DNA of 64,000 nt from Lophium mytilinum (lineage: Eukaryota). This document shows positions 27,902 through 41,505 of this stretch, one piece after another (position 1 is the first letter of the stretch; each line of letters opens with the position of its first letter). A model generated the notes under the pieces. That model was given only the letters and a program-made list of their open reading frames with translations, was not told where the DNA came from and did not search any database. The translations under genes and the position numbers were made by a program. The stretch covers positions 248,001 through 312,000 of the forward strand of contig MU004200.1 of the NCBI GenBank assembly GCA_010093605.1. Direction: 5' to 3'.

Positions 27902-28702
27902 TTATGTTCTTCTTTTTCAGTTAAATCCCCTCGTTCCTAGAGACCCTCCTCACTGCCGGTGTTGTATTGTTTGAGCGGTTATTGCCCAGCTCTGTCATCG
28001 GATCGGCAATACCAGACCATGAGCTGGACTGTATCATAGATAGAGGCATTGGAGATGTGGAACATGAATTCGAACTTTGTAGGAATATGTCATCTCCAGT
28101 AACGATCATGGACTAGTCTTCACTTTACTACAAATCTCAGCTTGCTTCACCTATCCATGATGAACCTGTCGAAGATTGATCTGGAGATCCGTATCCTGAA
28201 ATGAAAGCCTGAACTGTATCGCGTGCAGAGATTTTCACCGACAGATTGCTATTAGCAAGTAGCAACCTAGGCGCTAATGATTTAATTCTAAAGTATCCTC
28301 TCCTTTACTATTTGGCTCGTGTTTTGCTTTCTAGTCGCTTTGTATGTACAGACGTTTGTTCCACTGGATTGGCTCTAGATAATGCTTAAAGACTCATCTC
28401 CGGCGTATATATACACATATCCACCAATCTCAAAGAGTCATCTGTTAACAAGCGCTGAAGTATTTTGATTTTCGTTGCATCAGCCTCTCTAGGTGGTGGA
28501 AAGGAAATCAAAGACGGTTAGACCGCCAAGACAAATTTATCGCCAGGTTCCCGGTCCAGCACACCTCTGAGATCCCCACGCGACGCGACTTCCACCGCGG
28601 CGCCTCAGTATCAATCATCACTACCTCATTCGCCATTGAGCACTCTTGGGAAGGCGCTATTAACTCCTCGGCATTTAGTATCGACAGCTCAGGTTGGTCG
28701 TC

Positions 28703-30301
28703 ATGGCTCCGGTACGATAATCCTTCTCTTTTAGTCACATGGGATTGAAATCACCTTTACTACCGTCCATCTTCATATCACGGGAATCTCAGTTTGAATT
28801 ATTCTTTGTTTAGCGGCATCACGTTGGGTGGCACGCGCTTCTGCGAACTCAGCATCAACTCTTTAAGTACCATTCAAACCACCCTGCATAAGTTCAATTG
28901 GCTTCATACATCTTGCCGGATAAAGTCATGATTCGTTCCATTGGTGCATGTGGAGATATTCTGATGTTCATATCTTGGACCTCATGCTGATACCTACCAT
29001 AGTTTCGCGCTCGAGACCGGACCAACCGTTCGGGACGCGGTCAAGTAGAGCACAACGTGCTCGAAGGCCTACCAATCAATCAATATCGCGAAGTTGAAGT
29101 TACCGTAGGGCAAAATCTCGAGGAAAAGGCATCGATAGACAAAGATGCTTGGCCTGAGCTTCCCATGCCTCGAGACTCCCATCTTCTTCCAGAGCACTCG
29201 CAACAACTCCTCCGCGCTGCTCGCGCTGGCCGCTTGTACAAGCCACCACTGCCGGTTGACGAGGAGAAAGAGAATCCTGACGAAGAAGACGAGAACAAGC
29301 AAACCCAACGAACCTTCACGGTCAGAAAATACGTCAAGGTTGCCCGAACTGCGGAGGAGCCAGAACCTGAGTATCTAGCCAAGAGACGCAAAGGCCTGCC
29401 GTCTCAATACTCTGTCTACAGTGGCGCCGTTGGACCGCTAGCACAGACTGGATCATTCCGAAAAACCAAAGTCAAAAAGGTCGACAATGATGGAAATGTG
29501 AGCGTTTACGAGGTGCTGGTTCCAGAAGGTCAAACGGTGGAAGGTGAAGTGCAGGATAACGAAACTTTACCCGATGCTCCCCCCGTGGCTGCTGTTCCGG
29601 GTACAGTGGTCGAAGGTGTCGGTGTTGTGAATCCAGAGGGAGTGGTGGTTTCAAACGACCTCATCCAACAAACACCACCTCGTAGGAGACCTCCCATTTC
29701 AAAGAAGAAGAGCAAGAAGGGCCCTGGAAGAGGGAAGAAGAAGGTGGCATTCGAAACTGAAGGTGCTAACACGGGTAATGTAGCAGCGGACGGCTCCAAC
29801 ACCTTAAGCGCCCCAGGCAACAACACAGAAGGCGGGTCGATTGGACCTTCTGATGGCGATACTCCGATGGCAGACGCCCAGGACGGGGAGGATGAAGAAG
29901 GCGAGGACGGCGAAGATGAAGACGGATCGGATGACGATGATCGAGAGGAAGGGGAGCTTCCACAAACCCCAGTCCAGTCCTCATCTCCTTCCAAGAAAGC
30001 CGAACTTTCAACGGATCCTGTCCGAGAATCGACTCCTCCATCTGCACCAGACACAATCAAATCTCCTGCTAAAGAAGAACCAAAAACTCGCTCTAGCAGA
30101 GATCCTTCCAGCTCGCCAGATCTTCCACTAGCCATTGCTCATAGCCGGCAAAACTCGATGAATCAGATCCCTACGTTGGATTCGCCCAGTGCTCCTGTTG
30201 CGCCTGCCTCCGGGGATGTACACTTTTCGGACGGTGAACCAGACCTCTTTGGTAGCTTAGAAAGGCACTTGGATAAGGACGGCAAATCGGACGCCACCTA
30301 G
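28703..30301 (+). CDS. Hypothetical protein, probably nuclear (basic NLS-like KKKSKKGPGRGKKK plus acidic tract)
   Basis: 9-nt first coding exon (ATG GCT CCG), intron 28712-29002, then in frame with the 414-aa ORF (WPELPMPRDSHLLP..SQQLLRAARAG, EYLAKRRKGLPS). Confidence 0.8.
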
Positions 30302-31025
30302 TAACCTCTCCGACTTCAAGTGGGAGTAAACTTCTTGGAGGTCCACTTGATTTAACTGGGTTTGGCGTAGCAAAGATGGCGTTGGATACTTGTTTGTTCT
30401 TGCTGCTTGGATTACTACACATACTCGGCGTTTAAAGCATGAGTAGAGGCCTCTAGCAATTAATAACATTAGCTGAGGCCGAGGATGAAGACGCTTTAGG
30501 TGGGATTGGAAACCTGCCTCTACAGAGTGTTGTTGTCATGATAGCTGAAGGCTAAAGGAATTATACCAGTAATGAGAGCAATACTTTCTTGTCCTGAATT
30601 AGAACCCTTCCAACAAGCCATAATCCAGCCCTTGCTATTGCTCCTTCTGAGGGAGGCCTCCGACCTATGCCACTACTCAGGCGGCGTGATCGGCTTGACA
30701 AAGTGACTGTCCTGGGCTTTCAATTAGATAAATTGGCCTAATGAGTGTATCGGTTAACAGTCACCTGGAGCAATGCTCACTGCAACAACGGTGGTGGTAG
30801 TATGATGTCACGTGCAGCGAGAGGAGGGCGCGTTGAGCTTCGACCTCCGCTTCAACCTTCGCATCCCCACCAGCGAGCGACGATCCATCAGTACCATCAC
30901 CGGGAACATGGCCTCACGAAGGTAGAACAGTGTCACCGCACTCGCCGCTTCATTTATATCTATATCCTCAGACTTCTGTCACGTTACCCTGCAGGCTCGT
31001 AGCTCTTGTGTAGTCTTTAGTAGTA

Positions 31026-32848
31026 ATGTCCAGACCAACCTCTCAGAACATGGCAGGGGTCAAAGGCATCCATACTCGCAATCTGTCGAATCCTTCTGCC
31101 CCACAAGATCCGAGGGCACAGCGAAGAGCTTCCGTTCTCTCGAAGCCAGAAATACACTTCACGGCCTTCATCAGGCTACCTTTTGCGCGCGGCGACTTTG
31201 TAGATCCTCCGCAGGTACAGCTATCTTTTCGGGCTCAAGAGATTGCACAAAGCTAACAGTGCAGGTGGATTGGAACGCGACCAAAGATCGAGCTCTATGG
31301 AAGATCATCTCCCGGTCCCCAAAGACGGCCGACCTTGATTGTATGCTGCTCTACTTGCTTCTCAAACCCAGTCCAAGAACGAAGCTAACTTTCTTTAGGG
31401 GAGGACTTGTATGCTATTAGAGCCCACCGAGTGCACAACAAAAGCTAATATCACGCTCAGGGCCCTGAAATTCCAAGTCTCCCAAGCTTTCATGCTCCAG
31501 CAGGCAGCATGGCTATACGAACGACACCTGACCCACGTCCGCGCGCAAATGAAAAAAGTTGGAGGCTCAAACACGACAACGGGGTCTGGCGGTAGCTCAC
31601 ATACAGTTGTTGGCGGGATACCGATGAAGAGACTTGGAAGTGGAGGTTCTGCAGGTTGGTATACCCCAAATTTATGATAGCCATGGACTCACATCAATCA
31701 GCCTCAAGAACACCTTCCGCATTATCCATTCGGCCCCGGGATAGTCCCATACCTAAAGGAGATACTAGCACGCCAGGAACACCACGAACAATGGGTACGT
31801 TCTCGGTGAACACCATACCTCATCTTCAGTATGCCTTCTGACCTCACGTAGCACCGCCATTATCTCGTAACCCCTCTACAAATACAGTAACGCAATCCCG
31901 AGCGAATGTCCCAGCTACAACTACAAACATAGCCCCCCGGTATCATCTCCAGCGCTCGTTCCGCTCTTCCTTCCCTCCACCTCTCAAATCCACACCCCCA
32001 GTCCTCTCTCCACCGACCGAGCTCGCTACAAATCCTTCAGAGCCCACGTCCCCAACCATCAGTGCCCTCTCATCCTCCAGCTCCTCCGAGTCATCCGAGG
32101 ACGAGACCTCCAACCCGCTCCACCGCAGCCAGCTCTTCAAGCGCCCGCCCCGCTTCCGCGCCCAGAAACCGCGCGGCCTCGCCACCCTCGACGACGAAGA
32201 CCACGAAGGCGACGACGAAGACGACTCGGGCTCCTTCCTCCCCTTCGCCCAAACCGAACGCACCTCCGACGCACCGCGGAAAGACGACCCCAGCGCAACA
32301 CTGCGCGACACGTCGCCCCCGCCCGCACGCGTCCCAAACCCAAAATACCTCTCCGAGGACACCAACAAAGCGCCCGTCTCCGCCACCCATGGCTACAGCA
32401 GCCTGCGCGGCGGGGCCTCCAAGGGCAAGGGCAAAGTGCCCATGCACCCCATCAGCTCATCGGCCACCAGCTCCGCCAGCGACGCGCCGCACCGGCCGTC
32501 GACGATGAGCCCGCATACGCTGAGCCCACGACACAGGGCGGAGCTGGCACGGTTGAGCCCGCGGCGGAGTGCGAGTGGCGCGGCGGGCGGGAAGAGGGAG
32601 GGCAGTGATGGGACGCCGAGTATGGGGAGTAGCTTCAGTGACTTAGATGGTATGTCAATTTTCCAATAATTTGCGCCGTCTAGATTAACGGTTTGAATGA
32701 TTTGTGTGAGCTTGAAGATTGGGTGGTATGCTGACTTTGTTTTCTAGATGCTAGTATCACGCAGTCGGCGCTCGAGGAGGCGTTGTTGAGCAACATGCAG
32801 CATGGGAGGATGAGCACGCTTAGCCAGCTTCGATCGAGGTATCTCTGA
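31026..32848 (+). CDS. ATG29: Autophagy-related protein 29
   Basis: FIRLPFARGDFVDPPQVDW..KDRALW, DW.DLA..F.V...FMLQQAAWLYERHL and C-terminal SMGSSFSDLDDASITQSALEEALLS; six introns. The start may be 31026 or 31050. Confidence 0.88.
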
Positions 32849-33043
32849 TGGATGGAAGCGCGACGCGTATGCTCTACTCACAGATTTGGCAATACTAGTG
32901 GATGGTGCAAATATCGCCTATCGATACACAATATATCTGCAATTTATGGATTCAAGGAATTCCACTGTATGCGCTTCATCGATGCAAACAGCCCGCTTAC
33001 AGTAATCCATATATTGGAGCATCTAGGGGTATCAAAAACCCAT

Positions 33044-34738
33044 CTACCCTTGCCTCGGCCCCTCCCCAATCTCCAACTCACTCATCAACTCCCCAATCCC
33101 ATCCTCCACAACATCCAGCCCCTTAAACCCATCCTCCACCACCCACCTCTGCCGCCCACTCCACAGCACCCCACACGCCTTCCCCACGACCAGCAACCCG
33201 GGCGGCCGACTACCCTCCTCCTCCACGGCCGCGCACACAAACTCCAGCGTCGTCCTAATAACCCTCTGGTCCGGACAGCTCGCCCGCTCCAGCACCGCGC
33301 ACGGCGTGCTCTTCGGCCACCCTTTCTTCTCATCGCCCACCAAACTCTCCACCAGCGCCGCGAGCCGATGCAACGCCATCAAAAACACCGTCGTGCGTGA
33401 CTCCACATACGCCGGCGGATCCGGCGCCGCGCCCTTCCGCCCCGTGCCCGTGCAGATAAGCACCTGATCCGCGACGGCGCGATGCGTCGCAGGGATAGCC
33501 GCGAACAGCGGCGCGCTCAGCGCACTCGTGATGCCCGGCAGCACCGTCGGGGTCCAGCCATGGGCGCGGAAGAAGTCGAACTCCTCGCCGCCGCGGCCGT
33601 AGATATAGGGGTCGCCTTGCTTGAGCCGCACGACGTTCTGGCCGGCTTGCAGGCCCTCGAGGCCCATGGCGAGGAGCTCTTCCTGCGCGCGCTCGGCGTT
33701 GCCGGGGAATTTGCGCGCGATGTAGACGGTGGTGCGGCGCGGGACGAGGTCGAGGACGGGGGAGGGGACGAGTTTGTCGGCGAGGATGAGGTCGGCGGAG
33801 AGGATGGCTTTATGGGTTGCGCGCGTGAGGAGGTCCGGGTGGCCGGGGCCGGAGCCGGCGAGGATGATTCGGCCTCGCTTTTTTCTGTTGTCTATGGCTG
33901 TGGGCGATAGTCCAGATGTGGAAGAGGTGGAGTAGCTGCGCAGTGCCGTCTCGACGTCTGCGTCTGTGATGGCGGCGAGGCGGCGAAGGGGCCAGTACTC
34001 GCAAATCTGGGCGAGCCAGCGCATGCGCCGGGTTTTGGCGGCCTCGATGTCCTCGGGGGTTATAAGTTTGTTAAATGTGGATGACTGCCCGCCATCTTCC
34101 TCCTCCGCTTCGAGGTCCATCGACAGCTCTACCGCGTGGTCTTCTTCCCAGATGCGGCGGCGAATTGTGCCCAGGCGCTCCACAGCAGCGCCTAGGTGTG
34201 AGGGAAGCGAAGAGGCAATCTCGCGGCGGATGCGAGCAGAGAGTTTGCAGCCCTTGCCGGAGGTTGTGACGCCGATTTGGAGGGGACCGTCGGAGTGGGT
34301 GGAGAGGAGGGTGAAAGTGCATAGGTTGGGCGCGTCGGCGACGTTGACGGGAATGCGCAGTCGCCTGCATAGGCTGGAGATGTGAGTACCTTGAGGATGT
34401 TAGAGGTTCTGCTGCTGCTACTTGGAGCATAGGTGCGTACTTAATGGGTTCTTGCCCCCAAGTGTCACAAAGACGGCGTCCACGACATGGTCTACCTCGT
34501 CGCGACCCAGGGTCGTTAAGTCGCTGTCTCTGAACGCCCTCTTCATCCACTCCACCTCGCCTTCCTCTATCCGCTTTGACAAACCATAGTGTAGACTGGC
34601 ATCCTCGGGCGCGACGAGGAATGGTTTCGCGCCAACTTCAATGGAGCGCGTGCATCGAGCACCGGCCAAAGGATTGGATCCAACTATGAGGTGTATGTGT
34701 GAGGTCGAGTCGACGGCAGTAAGAAGTGCGGGCGCCAT
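33044..34738 (-). CDS. MET1: Uroporphyrinogen-III C-methyltransferase (siroheme synthase, CysG-like architecture)
   Basis: N-terminal Met8/CysG-like part (PVNVADAPNLCTF, IGVTTSGKGCKL) and C-terminal methyltransferase (GSGPGHPDLLT, RLKQGDPYIYGRGGEE, PGITSA); intron 34390-34440. Confidence 0.94.
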
Positions 34739-35164
34739 TCAAGTGCGGGCGGTCTTGGGTAGATGCAGTGTCGCACTGTGCTATCGTGGTCCCAGCGGGT
34801 AAAGGAGGGAGCAATGGGTAAGGAAAAGAGCGACGAAAGACTATTTACAGGTGAAAAGATAATTGCCAATGTGGCAGAGCGGAGGGCGGAGATGCAGTGG
34901 TTGACTCTCAACTGGGAGCTTTTTTGCAGGGTCAATGGCGCGATCCAGTGGTGGCGTTCCTATTATCGGCTTATCGGTCATCAGAGCCTAGCCGTTTTGG
35001 CACATAGTCCAGGATTTCAACATCTCCGAGGAAAAAGTGGAAATATACTCCGATGGAAGATATCGTACTCAAACGTATGTTTATGTGTACTCTTTCAAAA
35101 CGATCAGACGTGCTGATAGTTGGTCCAACAGGTTTCCGTAGGCATGGGTATCCAGGTTGAGAAG

Positions 35165-36231
35165 CTACTCCTCCTTGCCCATGACAATATCGAGAGCTTT
35201 GCGGCTGAGACCAACGCTGTGCTCCAGAGCATTGAGCTTCGCCATGGCTGATATCAGTGCCGGGTCCTGGCTCTCGACTCGGATCTTCTCTTTGACGCGA
35301 ACCTCCTGGTCTCTATAATTGAAAACTCGGTCCACTTCGTCGTGTATTGGTGGACGGGTACCACCTAAGGCCATCGCAAGCCTGCCACGGATGTCAAAAC
35401 CAGAATGCGATTCTTCAGCTGGGTTGCAGAGTTCTAGGGTCCGTATTTCGAGGAGGAGGGCCGCATCGAATATGGATAGATGGAAAGAAACATTGCGGGG
35501 TAGCGGAGGGTCGAATATCTGGACGCTCTATTAGCATCAAAGTTCCTAACTAAAAGCTAGGACATACACACCTGCTCGTCTATAGGGTTCTCGGTCCACG
35601 GACGCTGGACATCTGAGTATCCCTTGAGTGCTTGTCGTGCTTCCTGTATGTTGTCGTACAGGAGCTGGAACTGGCCGGAAATGAAGTTTGCATTCTTGGC
35701 ATCTCCAGTCCATGTAGTCACATCAATCACGTCCAAGCACGCGTTTATCAGTGTTCGGACAGACGTCAACTGCTCGATTACAAGGGTCGGGGCTTGCGGC
35801 GCAGCCGAGATAGCGATGTCGTAGCTCGAGCAGCCGCGAGGGGGTGGGAGGCTAGCCAGTCTGAGTTTGATATTCTACATAGACTGCGTCAGTGTGGAAC
35901 GGTCAGAAGGGGAATAGGTAGCCATACGCCCTTCACTATGCGGGTCCCGACACGCGTAACTAGGCCTTTGAGGGACTCTGAGCGGACCGAGGTGAGGACG
36001 AGTGTTGAGCCGTTCTCGTTGGGTGCGAGCAAGGCAGCGCATTCTTCTAGCCCAGCCTTGAGGGAGTGGAGGGTGTCCTGGAGCTGGACTAGCAGCCATT
36101 CGAGTTCCCGGTCCTGTGAAGGGCATTAGGTTGGATCAAGAGCATGGTGTGATAGTAAAGCATACTTGAGCAGCGGAGACTTGGTGGGCAAGCTGGTCAG
36201 GGGAGATAGGGGGCCAAACAGCGGCAGACAT
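35165..36231 (-). CDS. RAV2: RAVE complex subunit 2 / Rogdi family
   Basis: RELEWLL..LQ.TL.SLK.GL.EC, STLVLTS.RSESLKG.VTRVG..IVKG and VKEKIRVESQDPALISAMAKL; three introns. Confidence 0.85.
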
Positions 36232-36909
36232 GGCGTAGAGTCTAATCAGACAGATCTCTATTCTACTGTCTGCTGAGGAACTGTTGTAGAAGCAGTAGCA
36301 CTGTATCAAAAATGGTAGTCTTGGAGCTAAAGTGGTAGTATAACCTACCGAATCTAGCGGTTCTCATGCAAAAAGTGGTATCTGCCCGAGCTCAGCTGCA
36401 GAAAGTGGTAGTCTTCCACGTATGGCAGCCTCGTCGGCGCTTTCTGACTGAGTGGCTTGACACGGGACGCTCGGCAGATCGTCGTCATCCTTGCACCCTC
36501 GCAGAAGCGTCATTCCGTCTCACCTCTAATTATCATGCTGCACTTGGGGCGCCTATCCCGTATACTGCCACCGGATACAGACGTCGACGCTGGGCGGTCG
36601 CTCATGTATCACGGTCGCTTTCGCGCTGGCACTGTAGCCGTAATGGTGGTGCTCAGGTGTTCCCGAGGTATCACGCAGTGACGTAGCGCCATGATTTTAC
36701 CTAGGTAATATACGCTAAGCACCTTGGTAAATGTGCCTGGACCGCGAACAAACATCGATACGTCACCCCGGCGCCAGCCCCTTCATAAACACGGCCCTGC
36801 TCGCTCGCACTCCTTCTAAGCGTTTCATCCAAATCCCCAGTCTACCAATCTCTGGCTGCGAAGCGTTTCCCGCCACATACTAACCCACAGCACCCTTAAT
36901 TCCACCGCC

Positions 36910-37767
36910 ATGGCACCCGCATCGCGTATGTAACACCAGATGCCATGCAATTCCACTAGTCTAACTAAGCTGCAGGCCCCATTTTCGGGATCGTCTCCCT
37001 GATCATTCTGGCTGGCGGCATCCTGCTCCAATTCCTCGTAATCCTCTCCGGTGCCGTCAACAGCAGCCCCGAAAACCAGATCTACTTTTTGGAAGCCAGC
37101 AACATCGGAAACATCGCCGGCGCCCGCAATCCTTCGCGATGGACCTTCTTTGCTGTGTGCGGCGCCGACTCAAAGGGCCACAATACCAATTGCGGCAAGG
37201 TCGTACCCGCGCTACCCTTTGATCCACCCCGCAACTTTGGCACCACAATGAACGTACCCGACCAGTTCATCGGCACCCACAAGTTCTTCTACCTGTCCCG
37301 ATTTATGTTCGCCTTCTACCTCATCGCCCTCTTCTTCGCCGTCTGCGCTCTGTTTACCGGCCTATTGGCCCTTTGCAGCAGACTGGGCGGCTATCTCTCT
37401 GCCTTAACCGTTTCCGTTGCCCTTTTCTTCCAGACCCTGGCGGCCGCCTTGATGACGTGAGTCCCAACATATCCGTCCAACACACTTATCACGTGTCTAA
37501 TACATCAACAGTGCCTGGGCCGTCAAAGGGCGTGATGCCTTCAAAAGCGGCGGCCATAGCGCTTCTCTAGGCAAGAAGGCTTTCGGCTTCACCTGGGGCG
37601 CCATGGCCTGCTTTTTCATCGCCACCGTGCTCTTCTGCCTTGGCGGTGCCGCCAGCCGCGATCGCAGTGGCACCGTCAGTCGCAAGCGATCAACTCGCTC
37701 CACCCGCAGCCGAGGCAGCTTCCTCGAGACTGATAGCCAGAAGCGCGTTAAGGATGATTACGCTTGA
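36910..37767 (+). CDS. SUR7/PalI-family tetraspan membrane protein
   Basis: Four hydrophobic segments, SRWTFFAVC..C extracellular motif, PFDPPRNF; introns ~36926-36976 and ~37457-37511. Confidence 0.85.
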
Positions 37768-38332
37768 AGCGCTACCCGCAAGAGTCAGATATTTAATGGC
37801 GCAAAAGTTGTCTATATTTTGTCGGAAAGAGGTAGTAGTGTCGATGAAAGATCCGCTTCTACATAACGACATTACGAGCTAATTGGATTCGAGCCGAGAT
37901 TGTATGATAATGTGCAAATTCTGTTGCCAGACCTCTTCATGTTTATATACCACATGGCTGGCTATAAGCTCATGTATTTACTTTACGTAATAAATAAAAC
38001 ATAATGCTATTGTCTATATCTCTATATATCTTGTCTGGGTCAATCATTCAACATCCGTCACTGAGTCTTTGCACTGATACTTACTATTAACCAGTCAATT
38101 GTCGTCCGACTTTACCAGCATCCAATCAAATAGCTTCAGGGGCCAAATTACTTAATCGATGTCAACCTCGCGTCAAGAGTTCAAGCTTTTGTACTATATG
38201 AACAATTGTCATAAACATTAGCCTACAGTCATTGAAGAATACTACCAACCTAAGTAACCAATCCACATACACCGACTAGCCTACAGACAAACCTCCACTC
38301 CCCAACTCCAAACCACAGCATCCCCAACCCCC

Positions 38333-40555
38333 CTAATTCCCCCCAAACCCACCACGAAACCCGCCTCGAAACCCACCCGCAAACCCACCCCGTCCGCCCC
38401 TATTCCGCACCGCCTCCACCGCCCTCGCCTGCACCCCCCACCCACTATAATACCTCCCCGCCGCCGCCGCCGCCGACACAACCCCCCGCCCCTCCACCCT
38501 CCCGCCCGCCCGCCGAAAAACCTCAACCTGCTGCACCAACTGCGCCGCCACCTGCTGCCTCGCCCCCTCCATTTGCGCCGGATGCACACTCGGATCCAGC
38601 CTCTGCATCCCCGGCAGCGGCGCATGCCCCACAAACGGCTGCCCCTCCCGCAACCACTTCTTTACCAGAGCCAGCAGCTGCGTCGCGTGCGCGCGGAAGT
38701 GCGCGTTGACGACGTCGCTCCACAGCGGGTTGAAGCGGCCGCTCAGCCAGGCGTGCTGCGCGTACCGCATCGTGACGTACTGGATGTCGTAGTTCCAGAC
38801 GCGCGAGGTGTAGGTGCCCGCGGTGGCGGTTTGGCCCGGGTTGGTGGAGAAGGGGTCGGCGCAGAACAGCATGGCTTGGATGGAGACGAGGACTTGGAGC
38901 AGGGTGGATTCGCGCGGGTTCCAGGGCGAGCCGTGGAAGGTGTTGAGGATGGAGAGGCAGACTGGGGGAGGGGGTGTTAGCTTGGGTTTTTGTTTTTTGT
39001 TGTTTTTCTGGGAGGGAAAGGGGGAATACGTACCTTCGCCGTCGGCGTGGAGGTTTGGGCTGACTAGTAGTTTGCCTTCGGCGCCGCGGAAGAAGAACAT
39101 TGGGGGCTTGTTTGGGTATTCGGAGGGCAGCAGGATGTCGAACTCGAAGAGGCCGAGCTCGTACGGTGTGTCCTCGGGGCCCACGATGATGGCTTTCATG
39201 ACGTCGATTCGCGAGGAGCCGAAGAGCAAGAAGATGCCAGGAGGGAGGCCGGTTTTCAGCGTCGTTAGCTCGGTCATGATCTTTCGCATCCGGCCGGGCG
39301 CCCCGTTCTGCATGTTAGCAGCGGGGATGCCAAAGAAGTGAGAGCTTAGCATCTTGTTGTCGTCGACCTCCTTGACCCTCAGGTCATCCTCTTCGCGGTC
39401 CTTTTGCCGAGAGCGGGTCACGCCGCTGGCTTTTTCTTTGCCTAGGAGGAAGACGGCCAGGTCGGATATTTGACGGCAGAGCCAGAGCATTTGCTTTGAA
39501 TCGGGAGTGTTGAACACCGCGGGATTGTTCTGCGCGCCGCGCAGCATCATGGTGCTCTGGATCTCTAGCTTCTTCAGGCAATCGGCGATGCTGGAAGTCG
39601 TTTCGCTCGCGAGTTTGGCCCCGTGGAATGATAGATTTAGCATAGTGATATCGTCTTTCTTGACTCTTCGCGCGAGAAATATTGTCTTGTCTGTCAGAGA
39701 GTCATGGCGGCCGAGGAGGCGCAGGATGTCCAGCATGCTCTGGTAAAGATGTTTGCGATGGCTAGCATTCTCCAAAGAGTCATTCCGGAGAAGCTCTGCG
39801 ATCCGGTCCAGGACTCTACTTGCGCGTAGCAGGGAGACAACGGCTGCCGGTGGGTTTTCGTCGTAGCTCGATCCGTGGCTTTTCGATGGCAACAAGACCG
39901 CTATCAGCTCAAATGTCCTGAGTGTTATGTTGTCTTTCTGCGACTCGGAGATTTGTGCTTTGGATTTCCCAGCGTCCGCCGCTACATCTGCCTGAGTAGT
40001 CATGCCCAGCATTGCGTAATCTTGGAAGGAGAAGCCTTGGTATCCCACGCCACCATCTGTGGAGTACCGGACGTTCTCCCTCGCGGACTTGTCCAGCTTT
40101 CTGATATCCTCAACATGCATGTAATCGAAACCGCACATGATAGTCCATAGCATGAAGAGCTTTCCAGCGCTACAACAGGAGGAGACTTGGTAGCCTTGCT
40201 TGGTCGTGACCTTGGTTGTGCTGCGCGAGCAGTTTCCTAAGCAAGCTGACTGCTTCCGACATTTCGCGCATGTTATCTTGGAGTTGAGAGGTTCTAAGAC
40301 AGCATCAGTGGTTATGCAAAGGATAAGGATCGACCGAATCTAATACTCACCCTGTTGTTGCATCCACTTTCGAGAGAGCGTGAGTACTGCTCCCTCTGCA
40401 GGAAACAACCGTGTACTGCAGCTTGAGCAACGCCAGTCTTTGACTGCTTGTGCAACATCCGAAAAAGTGGCAAAAGTCTTCGTGGTCGCAGGTCGTCGCG
40501 ACGATGAGGCAGAGCCTTTAGGTGGCGGTGACGACCCTTTCGATTGTTGTGGCAT
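38333..40555 (-). CDS. Ubiquitin-conjugating enzyme (UBE2Z/BIRC6-type UBC domain) with Cys-rich N-terminus and RGG tail
   Basis: KAIIVGPEDTPYELGLFEFDI.LP.EYP.KPP, SPNLHADGE-VCLSILNT (catalytic Cys), STLLQVLVSIQAM; introns ~40294-40349 and 38962-39033. Confidence 0.88.
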
Positions 40556-41505
40556 AATGGCAAGGGTCTTGTTAATATATCGCAGTTGATTGTGTGGTTG
40601 AAATGATGGGTCGCGGATAAGGTAGTTTGGAGGTGTGAAACTGCAAAGAAAGAGAATGAACCCAGATAGATATAGGGACGTGTGGCCGCGTTAGTTGTCC
40701 ATGTCGAGCATACGTAGCCATAGAATGCATGTGCGGGCTTCATGGTGAAAGACACCGACATATAGTCGTAGACTCATGCCAAGATCCACTGACGACTGCC
40801 AGCATGAAGACGTGGTACGCTTGTGGAGGTGGCTGAACGTAAAGCCAGCGCGTGCGAAAGTCGTACAGTCCTAGGCCACAAGTCTGGGCACACGGACTCG
40901 GTTCCAACTTGCCCACTCAACACCACTGTTGGGGGTAGCCTGGCTATTGAGCAGGCAGTGAGTCAAGAGGCAGTCTAATATGTACCGCCTAAAGCTTGAC
41001 ATTGCGCTTGAGTCTTCGAAACCCTGCGGGGGACTCCAAGCAGTGGCGTACTAGTGTGCCCATACTTGTGGCCTGTCACTGTACTCTGACGAGGACGAGT
41101 GATGGAGTTCGAGTAACACGTATGGAGAAAGAAAAGTAAAAGGAGAAACGAGATGGGAAAGAGCAGTGTGCAATAATTTGTTAAAGACATTATGAAGAGC
41201 TATCTCGCTATCAACAGTAAAGCCGCAAAACACGACAGGGGTATTTTGAACAGAAGTACACATCCGCTAAAATGCGCTTCCAGAAAAGAATGATCCAATC
41301 GACGAAGAAGAGAAAAATGCACAAAAAAGCTAGGCCATCGACAGCCCTAAGAAATTGAAGAATAAAACATAGAAGAAAACCGTGCTCGCGATGAGCTTTT
41401 ACTATACACTCCCCGTTGACCGCCACCTGTACAAATCTACAAAGAGAAACCCACAACCCGACTTGCCCCCTTTTTGCGTAATCTTCACCCATCAAAGCGA
41501 ACTCT

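Noticed and set aside
28157..28212. ATGATGA...CTGA resembling a box C/D snoRNA (similar case at 61949-61991)
   Set aside because: Too short, no terminal stem and no rRNA-complementary guide that I could identify.
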